Source: Callorhinchus milii (Eukaryota). Taken from it: a stretch of 64,000 bases of DNA. The DNA lies in assembly GCF_018977255.1 (NCBI RefSeq), contig NW_024704751.1, positions 16,492,001-16,556,000 on the forward strand, read 5' to 3'. Numbering within the stretch: position 1 is the first letter of the stretch; the number at the start of each line of letters is the position of its first letter. Shown one piece after another: positions 40,024-50,045 of this stretch. The position numbers and the translations under genes were made by a program. The notes below the pieces were generated by a model that was not told where the DNA came from, did no database searches, and saw nothing but the letters and a program-made list of their open reading frames with translations.

Positions 40024-43000
40024 CTATAAAAAGACGTCCTCAGCTATGGCTCGCTTCACTCATAGTGGGAAAGTTGAATTTCTATAGTACTTGTGTGAAA
40101 ATATCTCAAAGTATTGCCAAGCATAATGACCGGTTTGTAGGTAAATGAGAATATAATAATAATCCTTGCATTTGATGTAGCGCCTTATCGGGTCTTTGAA
40201 TCCATTAGAGCTTAGGCTTACAAGGTTAACAGGAGCTGAGTGTGATGATTCCCTGCCCCAGTGACTGGTCTGCCTTTCGGGGTGCTGCCGATGAGCCAGG
40301 CTGGCTGTGCGGTCATCTGTAGTGCCCTGGAATATTGCATACCCGCCTGGCTCGGGAACCGGACTATGCGATTCCGGCATCCTGTTGCCAGGCACGCCTG
40401 TTCCAGCTACAAGCCACTCACTTACCTTGACACAGGCAAGAAAGTCACAGAACTTTGTAATCAGCACAAGTACAGGAAAGAGTTGATCAATATTGAAATC
40501 GCTTTACCTTCAGCCTCGAGAACAATATCACCCTCAGGTTTGTTCTTGAGCACGTATTCAATACTGTTTTGACGGCTGATGCGCAAAGGAAGATCACCTG
40601 CAAAAATATAACAATTTTTTTTTGTAAAAGCAGCACAAATCCTGCAAGCCCCAAATTACAGTGACTGGGAAACTGCGAGGGCTCGGCAATCCAGGGGATG
40701 GGGGGCGTTGGAGGGGCGTCTGCGAGATCACCTTCTTCTTTATAAAACACGGCAAGGTTTTCCTCTGGAAATGTCAGTTCCAATTCGGTGCGGAATTGCT
40801 CGTAAGTGATTTCTTGATGGATTCTCAGGATGCAGTGCTGCTCCCCTTGCACTTTGACCAGGATATGATCTACAGGAAGTAAACAAGGTTGGGAAATCAG
40901 TCGGCTGTTCTTTGAGTCAATCCCTCTGAAAGACATTGACATGATCGAACCCTTCTGTGCAGTTGCTGATGGGCCTGGATTGGTACCTGTGCACCTCTCA
41001 ATTTTGGAGTTAGATTAGCTATAGATTAGCTAATAGTATAGATTAGCTATAATTTAATAGAACAGGCTCGATGGGCTGAGTGGCCTATTGCTGTTCCTAT
41101 ATTTCTCCCCCAGCATGAAAGTCAATATAAGTGACAGCTAATAAATACAAATATAGTTCCTAACGTAGCGGTTGAGCGAGCGATGGAATTGTTCTGAGCA
41201 CTAGCCAGAGGATGATGGACAGACAAGAATACCTTGGTTTTCATGCTGGAGCATCTGCTCAGTGAGGACTTCGGACAACACTTCCTGGTCATCATCCTCC
41301 CGCACCAGTTGGAGCTCGAGGGGCCAGGCAGTGACCTGCGACTGGTTCAGCTGCAGCATAAACTCCATTTCCGTCTTGAATTTCATGGTCTTCTGGTAAC
41401 AGAATCTATTAAATAACAGCCTACACTTCTATAGCACCCTCCACGCAGGGTAGTGTCTCAGAGCGCTTATCAGTGGCTTGGTGAGTTTGTCTCCAGTCAA
41501 ATCCTTGCCTGTCCAGCGCATTGGGCGGTCCTCTTGACATGAAAGGCGCTATACAAATGTAATTTGTTGTTGGTAAGTTTATCCTACACCAATTTTTACT
41601 GAGTAAGCCTGGACTGTGAGAAAATCTTTGTGCTTTTTTGGGGGGGATAAAGATTGGGAGAAATCTATGTGTAAGAGCATGTGCAGACTCGGTATCGTTC
41701 ATTCGGTAAATAACACAATAATTTACCTGTGGCATAATAGAGATGAAGTTAGTTTTCATCTTAGACTGAATATGAAGTCTGTAGTACATGTTCTTGACCA
41801 CACAGATTTTTTTTTTGAACACTTGCTTGCAATCTTTGTACTTTTTGTTCAAACTCTAGGGATGGATGGCAACAGAATCCAAAGTAATACACACCGTAAC
41901 AGATACAATACACGCGCTTCAAACTGTGTAATAAATTTCTGTAATTATCAAACTACAATAAACCTGGAATTACCGGACTCTGGGAACTGGGAACTTGACC
42001 CTTGGTGGAGCGGCCAGAAACAGAAATTTTCATTCATGCACATGTGGCTAGATTCCTGCTGGCTCACTCTCCTAACACGCACCACCCTCACTGTGCTCGC
42101 TGGCCTTCAGTGGCCGGGCAAATCGACTTTAACTCAGTTTGAATCCCACAAGCAGAAGAGACCTTATTCTTAGAAGGATGGTCATTATCCCTAAAAAAAA
42201 ACTAGTGAGAGAACCCAGGTTTGATTCCCAAGTGGGGCAAAACCTTAGGTAAATTTCCTTACTCCATATACCTTTGTTAACCTAGCAATGAGTAGGAACC
42301 CAGTTGTTAGTTGATTGGCAGATTGCTTTCCTGAGGTGGTAATACCTCTTCCCCCCAAAACATTTGGTCATTCAATCCACGAATGTTTGTGGGACACTGC
42401 TGTGCGCAATTGGTTGCCGTGTTTCTCCCACAAAATCAATCAATCAATCAATCAATCCACTTTACAATATATTCTGTGAAGTGCTTTGAGACATCTCAAC
42501 AGTGTGCTAAGACTCTATATCAAATGCAAAGATTATCATTATTATTATTATTGGCTATCTTCTGCGCATGGGATTCAAACAATTACATTGCCGATACTGG
42601 AAATTCCGACGAGCTGGACCAGATCTCCCACAAACACCCCCCCCCCCCATCCCCTCCAGTCCAGCTCATCGGAGGTTTAGCTTATTCACATAATCTAATC
42701 TAAAGGTAGCGGAAGATGAAATGAAGTACCTGAACCAAGTCCTCTTTTTCTCGGATCAGATGAAAAAACATAATCATTTTGTTTTGAATGTAAGCCCGGC
42801 CCACGGGCTTGTAGAGCAGGCAGTAAGCCTCACATTTATTCCAATTCGTCAAACATTTGACCAGCATGATGATGGAACAGGAGTCCAGCAGAACCCAGAC
42901 GTGAGTCTCATTGGCAGCGAGTGGCAGGAAAAGCTCAACATTCCCATTTGTGATGTGTGCGACTTGAACTGGAGGAGGGAGGAATAATATCTTGGTCAAT

Positions 43001-46000
43001 CAGGAGTTTAAAAAGTGGGGCAGCAGCAGGTAAATTAATTCTCAGATTAGTTATGGTTAAGAGCGAAGTACTTGTGCTGGTGTGCAGTGCGTTGCGATGC
43101 AATTGAGGCCAGTCTCTGATCAGGGCTCCGGTCTCCTTCACAAAATCCCACAACTCCTCCAACGCTTTCTCTCCTTTAGACAGAGTCAGGTCAACAACAG
43201 CACCAGTATCATTTAGCTCCAGGTAACCGAGTACAAGCTGTGGACGACATTAACACACAAAGTTTACATCGCCGTTTCCACAATTGATGGGATATCAAAA
43301 CTATCAGAAAAAAAGTCTGTTACAGAGGCACAGAGCAATCACCTGTCACCAACGAGGCTTTTATCAGGAGTGAGTTGTGCTGTCCCAGATGAATACTGGG
43401 ACTGGTGACAAAGGCAGCGAAATAGTATTGAAAATTCTGTCATGATCCAATAAACTGAACAGGCTTGATGGGCTGAATAGCCTCCTCCTGTCCCGAGGTT
43501 TCTAATGCATTTGAGTTCAATCTCGTACTCAAACAGGAGGCAATGGATTGGGAACCCACCCTACTTCCTCAATCTAATTCCCCAGCCTACACAAATAGGT
43601 GTGACATGCGTGTCCAGCAACTGATCTCAGCTGCACCAAGTGAGGGCTGGACCAGGGGCACTGATCAAAATGAAATCTGTACCTTCTTCTCTTCATTGTT
43701 GAACAGATTCTGCAGCTTTTGGAATAAAGAGTTTTTCAGATTCAGATATTCCTCCCGGAAGAAAAGCATCAGATTGTCTTTTATGGCAGAAGGGGTGATG
43801 CAGCTTCCTGTAAGAGTAACGCTGTTAAATTAACACCCAACAGAAAGAGTGCAGGATAAAAGTCTCACCACCTGCTTCCCACCCATTGCCATTGGGTAAC
43901 TTACAGTATGCCTTCCCCCTAATGTTAACCCAGTGAAATCCCCTCACAAGTGAGTGGACCAGGGTTCAATTCCCTGGCGGGTGAAACCCTGTAAGTTTCT
44001 GTACATCATGCTCCTCTGTCTACCTAGCAGTAAGTAGGAACCCGGGCGTTAGTCAATTGGCAGATTGCTTTCTGGGGGTAATAATCCCTCAGGAAAAAAA
44101 AATGTGGTCACCCAATCGATGGCTGTATGTGGGACTCTGCTGTGCACAATTGGCTGCCGTGTTTCGCCCACAAATACAATAGTGAATTGTGAAGCACTTT
44201 GAGACAAGTCAATGACGTGATAAGGCGCTATATCAAATATAAGGATTATCAATATTATAAATTAGACACTTATAAACTCCTCCATCCTTGTGTGATTCTG
44301 GAACACCACATACAAGAGAATACTCAGAAACGTACAAAACCAGGAGCAAAGTTAGCCCAGGATCTGAATTAAATGTTTAACAATGCATTGGAAGGAAATC
44401 AGCTCCAACATTGCACTGGGATCATTCTGGCCACTCAGACAGATGCTCAGTAGCAGACTCTGGCACTGCACGGAATATTCTGACATCTGACATTACATTT
44501 GTGGAGTCCTGTAGCTCAGTGGTTAGAGCACTCGCTTTGCAAGTGAGAGACCTAAGTTCAATTCCAGGCAGAGGGCGAAACCTTGGGCAAGTTTCCTTAC
44601 TCCACACAGAGCCTAATAATAATCCCTCCAAAACAAAAACAATAATAAATTGGTCATTTTCAATCTACGGCTGTTTGTGGGACATTGCTGTCTGCAATTG
44701 GCTGCCGCGTTCACGCACAAATATACAGTCAATTCACTTTACAGTGTGTTCTGTGAAGCTCCTCCCGACGTGAAAAGCGCTATATCAATTGCAAGGATTA
44801 TTATTATTATTCTCTTAGTCAAACATGTGTAAAACTGTTCATTTACCAAAAACTTTCAAAATGTGTCCCTGCCATTAAGACCAAAACAGTACCTTCCATC
44901 ATCTTTTATGAAATACATTAAAGAGAAACAAATGTTGTGTTAAATGGTTTAACTTGAGGTTCAGTGTCTGTGATGCTCACCTGAAGATGAGGGGTATTTG
45001 GGAAGAAACAGCAGCAGGTGTGTCCCAGGAGCATCTGTGTGCAGGTCAAAGGCTGGGCCAGCCAACGACATCTGGTCCAAGAAAGCATCCATCTCCTCCA
45101 CTTTCATCTCTCTAACATTTAGTGATTTGTTGCGTTGATCGTAAACAAGACCAAGGTTGCCATGGACCAGTGTGACTACTGGTCGATGCCTATCATCAGA
45201 GCAGGAATACATTAAATGACACAGTGCCACACACTGAATCACATACTCTTACCCAACCACATAGGTGAACCAAAGCCATTGCCCATTTGACTGATTAGTG
45301 CATATGGAATTGTCCTCCAGCACAAACTGCACATTGGAGGGGGGGGCACTCTTATTTTCAAAATAAATTGACAATTTTTTAAAAAAACTCCCAATATTGT
45401 TAGATTGAGTTGTCTATCCTATCCAACTGGACATCTTGTTTCTATTTAGGAATATAGGAACAGTAATAGGCCATTCAGCCCCTCAAGCCTGTTCTGCCAT
45501 TCTATTAGATCATGTCTGATCTCTACCTCAACTCCAATTACCTACCCTTGCCCCATATCCCTTGATCGCTTGATACTCTGACCTAACAAAAATCTATCCC
45601 CCTCAGTATTGAAAATTTGAATGGATCCAACATCCACAGCCATTTGGGGGAGAGAGTCCCAGATTTCCACTACCCTTAGTGTGAAAATGTTTCTTAAGAA
45701 ATGAAACAGTCCATCTGTCCTGATCAGGATCCTACAGACATTCAGCTGAGTCTGGAGACTTTGCTGCATTTACAAATCGCTGTTAAAACAAACAGAAACT
45801 GAGCCATGGGGTACCTTGAGGCCACTCACCCATCTCGCTGCCTGGACTTGAGCTGCTGCTTATAGCCTTGATTACCATCAATCACTCGGATAATGTCCAT
45901 GTTTGAAACCACATCTGAAAGAAGATGTGAGAGAGTTTCCTGACCAACAATCCCCCAAAACGAATTGATCTTCTCATGGCTGTTTGTTGGGCATCGTTGC

Positions 46001-48404
46001 GTGAAAATTGACTGCAACCTTTGTGTACACACGCACAGTATCTATACTTGACAACAATTACCTTGGAAGCGCTATCAGACGTTTTAAAAGTTATAGACGC
46101 TTTAATCAAACACAAGGATTCTTGGTGGATTGCTATTCCGGGGGTAACAATCCCTTACAAAAAAAGAAAATTTGGTCACTCAATCCACGACTGTTTGTGG
46201 GACGCTGTTTTGTGCATAATTGGCTGCCGCATTTCACCCGCAAAAATATACAGTCAATTCACTTTACAGTATATTATTGTGAAGCGCTTCGAGACATTTC
46301 AAACATGAAAAGGCACTAGATCAAACGCAAGGAATACTAATTATATATAGCATTACATACCAACCGCCAATGCTGCCCCCACCACTAGGTTTAGCTGTGG
46401 ATAACACTTGTATTCCCGGCCTCTGGAAAGGAGCAGGAAGCACAGCTCTGTGAATGCCACACCACGCACCTCAATCATTCTCTTCAGAAGGTGGAACATG
46501 CGTTGCTGATGGTTGTACCAGGAATCCCTTGCTGTCTCCTCAATGTCTCGATCACTGAAATCAAGGTCTCTGGCCACTGTTGTCCACTCATTGGACAGAG
46601 TCCCTGACAATCGGAACAGCCATGGATCAGCAGGTGAAGGGGTTTTAAAACCTTCATGATTCCAAATAATTGAGTCCAGATGGTGGTTTGCATGCAGCGG
46701 GATGTGGGGAAGGTCGACTGAGTCAGGGTCCAGCACAGTTACTGCACAAAGGTGAAAAATAGTTTATTGTGAATTGCTTACATGTCTCACGCTTACATTC
46801 TCTGCCACTTGAACGCTTTCTCACACTCGCTTACTTGCTCTGACAGTGGCCGCTCTTTCAGCCACTACGCACCAAAACTCTGGAACACTCTTCCTCTATC
46901 CCTCTGCCCTTGCCCCTTCCTTCCTCATCTTCAGATCGTACCTGAAGACCTTCCTGTTCGACTGTGCCTATGGTCACCTCTCCCCTTCCCCCCCACACTG
47001 GCTCGATGTCGTGCTCTGCCACTATCAAGCGCAATGGGACCCTACCCTGTGTGAGGGGCGCTACGTAAATGCAAGTTGTTGTTGTTGAACACACTTGCTA
47101 AAATTCGCACACTCACTCGCAGTTTGCTGCTGAGTCATGGTATCGGGGTAGCTGCTCCTCAGCTCTCGGCTGATGTGTGGAAAGCCTCGGGCTGAGCAGA
47201 GTGTGAGGAAGGCATTGGCTGCCGTGGGACCGTACCACACCACCATGTCCGTCTTCTGAGCTGCCATCTTTAAAAATGACTTAATATTGTATCGCTCCTG
47301 CAGAAGAAAGAGGAAACTGGGAATAATTAATTGTGAGTGTCCAGGAGTGTGGCAATGAGTAGGAATCTCAATCCCCTCCTGTCATATTCTTCACAGAAAG
47401 GCACAATCAAATGACTCTATGATCTGGAATGCACTGCCTAAAAGTGCGGTGGAAGCAGATTTAATAGTAGGTTTCGAAAGGGAATTGGATTGGGACTTGA
47501 AAAGAAAAAATATACAGGACTGCGAGTAAGAGTGGGGGAGTGGGACTAGTTGGATAACTCTTTCAAAGAAGGTTGTGGGTTCAAGGTATCCGAGGACTTG
47601 ATCTCACATCCAGGCTGACACTTCAACAATTAAAGGGGGGGAACACTGCATTATCAGACATGTTGTCTTTCAGAAGAGATGTCAAACCGAGATGTTTCTC
47701 CTCATATTCTGGTCAACAATTCTCCAGATAAACTGGTCGACATTTGGAAAACAAATCCACATTAAACAAAAGGATGTACCTCCAGGAGGTAGAAATTAAC
47801 GCACCGTGATAAAGGTGTGCTTCTGGAGTAGCATCTTTGCATTATTAACCGCCTTGGCCCATCTGATACCTAAGGAGAATGAAACAAGTTAAATCACTGG
47901 CTGATGAAAAGCTTGACATACATTGAGGGGGACAGCATGGAGTTACCCAGAGTTACAGGCAGGAAGATCTTGTGTCCCTGGAGATGGTGGAAGGTTCGGT
48001 ATTTCTGGTGTGGTCGCTTCAGAGACACAAGGAGCGCATGCAACAGCTCCCGTTTACACCACTGCATTTTGTCCTCCGGGATTGAGCCACCGCTGAACCT
48101 CTCTTGCTGAAGCATCCGAAACAGCTCCTGGTAAAAGTCTCCTCTCTTCTCTCTGATCCAGTGCTCTGCCAGATCCCTCATGTCTGTAGGGAACTCTGGG
48201 CAGCAAGTGATTAAGGAAGCAAAGAGCTGCAGGTCCAACTTATTGACATCCAAATCTCCAGCTATTTGGATAGACATCTGTAACAGATTGCCTGATGGAA
48301 AGGCAACATTAGCACAATTACTTGGACATCTGCTTATATTGGACGCTATTCCTAATCTAAGATCCCAGATGAGATTCGTGCCCATCTCTCCTCCAGCCCT
48401 CCCT

Positions 48405-48436
<32 letters not shown>

Positions 48437-49919
48437 GAATGCAAAAATAATATTGTACCTATTTCTTGATCTTGATGCAGTAAATCCAAATAAACCTTTT
48501 GGAAGCTTTCAAGGCTAATGCTGGATAAATATTCATTGCTCACTCGCATCAGAGCTTTTGCAACCTCCGCCAGGGTTTGGCCTCCGTGCTTACAGAGGTC
48601 TTCCAGCTCCTGCAGCCATCCTTTATTTGTCGGACACCCGGAACTGGTGCAGAGAGTGGGTCCCATCTCCAGCTCTGGCTTCAGCTGCTGTAGTAATGGC
48701 CTAATGTCACCTTCACAAAGACATCAAACACAAAAACCTCAACGTTTCGTAAGAACATAAGAATTTGCTGAGCGAAAGGTCCATCCATCATCCAAGTCGC
48801 CTTCCATCGTCCTGGCAGTCGCTTGACATGTCTTGTCCCAAACAACGTATTGTATTCTGAGATATTATTTCCTAACAGAAAACTATGTAATTTGTTCTTG
48901 AAAGAATTAACACTTTCTGCTTCCACTGTGGGGTCAAGAAGCTGTGGTGTCTGTGTCACCATCGCGGTGAGGGTTGAGGAAGTGGTTGGGAAATCTGAGG
49001 GCATTCGCACAGAATCGAAGCGGAACAAAGTGCTTTGTTCAATTTCATTTCATTTCCGAACAAACGCAATGAATGAGAAATATCTCCATCGCCCCCTCCC
49101 CCCCCACACCCCTACCCCCACCCCCACCCCCCACACACACACACCTGGGACTACACTCTGTGCCAAACCAGGTCACTCTGCCCCCCATCCCCACCCCACC
49201 CAGTGATTCCTTCTGCTTTGCTTCTCGTAACTAACTCCTGGTCTCAGCCTTACCTCCACCTGCTCACACTCCCTCCCTCCCCCCTCCATCCCTCTCTCTA
49301 TCCCTCTCCTCCCCTTCCCCCCTCCCTCCCTCTCCTCCCCTCCCTACCTCCATCCATCCCTCCCCTCCCTCCCTCTTCTCCCCTCCCTCCCTCCATCCAT
49401 CCATCCCTCTATCCTCCCTCCCTCTCNNNNNNNNNNNNNNNNNNNNNNNNNNNNNNNNNNNNNNNNNNNNNNNNNNNNNNNNNNNNNNNNNNNNNNNNNN
49501 NNNNNNNNNNNNNNNNNNNNNNNNNNNNNNNNNNNNNNNNNNNNNNNNNNNNNNNNNNNNNNNNTCCCTCCCCTCCCATCCCTCTATCCCTCCCTCTCCT
49601 CCCTCCATCCATCCCTCTCCTCCATCCCTCCCTCTCTCCTCCCCTCCCTCCCTCCCTCCCTCCCTCTCCCCTCCCCTCTCCCCCCCCCCGGCAGCCACTC
49701 ACCCTGTGCTGTGTGCAGTTGCTGGAGGCAGCCGATGACTCCGGTCTCCAGGGAGTCCATGAGATCGATCCCCACCGACAGATACCCCGAGTCCATCGAT
49801 TCCCAATCGCAGTCGTCCCCGTGTGTGAGGGTCAGTTTGGCCCCGAGGCCGCGCCCCCCCGACCCGCTGTCCTCCCGCCCGCACTTGGTCCTCTCTAACC
49901 GGACACGCGCCGTCGACAT
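39695..49919 (-). CDS. Unnamed multidomain NLRP1/CARD8-like FIIND-CARD protein (degron - PYD-like - Death - ZU5[CARD insert] - UPA - PB1 - CARD), about 1036 aa
   Basis: 16 GT-AG exons splice into one open frame of 3111 nt: 49919-49703, 48710-48459, 48291-47947, 47869-47805, 47297-47117, 46741-46361, 45914-45830, 45189-44981, 43807-43683, 43237-43072, 42968-42730, 41855-41727, 41392-41233, 40869-40732, 40597-40508, 40023-39695 (TAG). All phases are compatible. Minus-strand AATAAA at 39464-39459. Confidence 0.85.
40508..40869 (-). CDS. Two exons of the unnamed gene encoding a PB1-like domain
   Basis: [46 protein letters not shown]|[30 protein letters not shown]: Lys on strand beta1 and OPCA-like YKEEGD. 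Confidence 0.72.
41233..45189 (-). CDS. FIIND (ZU5+UPA) exons of the unnamed gene, with a CARD-like insert
   Basis: LGLVY...AGPAFDL...LFLPKY (ZU5 N-half), [15 protein letters not shown]...HVWVLLDSC|SIIMLVK...CLLY...FHLI (cleavage region), YRL...[24 protein letters not shown] (UPA end). Confidence 0.82.
42200..42551 (+). mobile_element. tRNA-derived SINE, longer subfamily, diverged
   Basis: B-box remnant, gtaggaacccagttgttagttgattggcaga segment, (TTA)n tail. Confidence 0.75.
43955..44250 (+). mobile_element. tRNA-derived SINE, longer subfamily, diverged
   Basis: GGTTCAATTCC B box and shared body and tail. Confidence 0.75.
44501..44811 (+). mobile_element. tRNA(Ala)-derived SINE with an L2-like tail, full-length copy
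   Basis: A box TAGCTCAGTGG, TGC anticodon-like loop, B box GTTCAATTCC, tail gcgctatatca..tgcaagga(TTA)n. Near-identical to the copy at 57439. Confidence 0.9.
45445..45700 (-). mobile_element. CR1-like LINE 3' fragment
   Basis: [16 protein letters not shown]...F..E.DRFL and tail homologous to 51800-52030. Another fragment near 48756-48950. Confidence 0.75.
46130..46340 (+). mobile_element. 5'-truncated SINE copy
   Basis: Shared body: caatccacgactgtttgtggg...aattggctgccg...actttacag. Confidence 0.72.
46361..46741 (-). CDS. Death-domain exon of the unnamed gene
   Basis: [69 protein letters not shown] matches the DD pattern W..lAR.LgFS..dIe.i......eq...mL..w....G..at...L...L...gR. Confidence 0.82.
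46800..47087 (+). mobile_element. L2 LINE 3'-end fragment
   Basis: [16 protein letters not shown]...LKTFLF with tail aaatgcaagttgttgttgtt. Similar fragments at 20650-20895 and 61140-61410. Confidence 0.78.
49427..49563. other. Assembly gap inside a C/T-rich low-complexity tract (49270-49690) in intron 1 of the unnamed gene
   Basis: N run flanked by CCCT/CCAT repeats. Confidence 0.97.
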
Positions 49920-49929
49920 CGCGACCCGA

Positions 49930-50045
49930 ACACCCGCACCACCGCCCCCGACTCCGCTGTCCCGGGAGGTAACGGTCCGCGAGATTGTTCAGGGTCGGGG
50001 CGTGGCCTTGGGACTGGGGGGAGGGGCTGGAGGCGGGGCTTGGCA
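49930..50045 (-). promoter_or_regulatory. Candidate GC-box promoter or 5' UTR of the unnamed gene
   Basis: CpG-rich. Minus-strand GCCCCGCCT and GGCCACGCCCC (Sp/KLF-type) motifs lie 80-120 nt upstream of the ATG. In-frame stop at 49991-49989. Confidence 0.45.

Noticed and set aside
44503-44575. tRNA-Ala(TGC)-like sequences (also at 57441, ~33610 and ~62830)
   Set aside because: No paired acceptor stem, and each continues into the same SINE body and tail, so these are SINE heads, not tRNA genes.
45882-46115. Alternative longer exon 7 of the FIIND gene via the AG near 46020
   Set aside because: The phase-1 reading hits a stop and the region is SINE-like. The pyrimidine-rich acceptor at 45915 gives an open frame.
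39695-49919. Naming the FIIND gene NLRP1, CARD8 or PIDD1
   Set aside because: No NACHT Walker A motif or LRRs, extra DD/PB1/CARD modules, and synteny differs from what I recall for those genes. Orthology needs a phylogeny.
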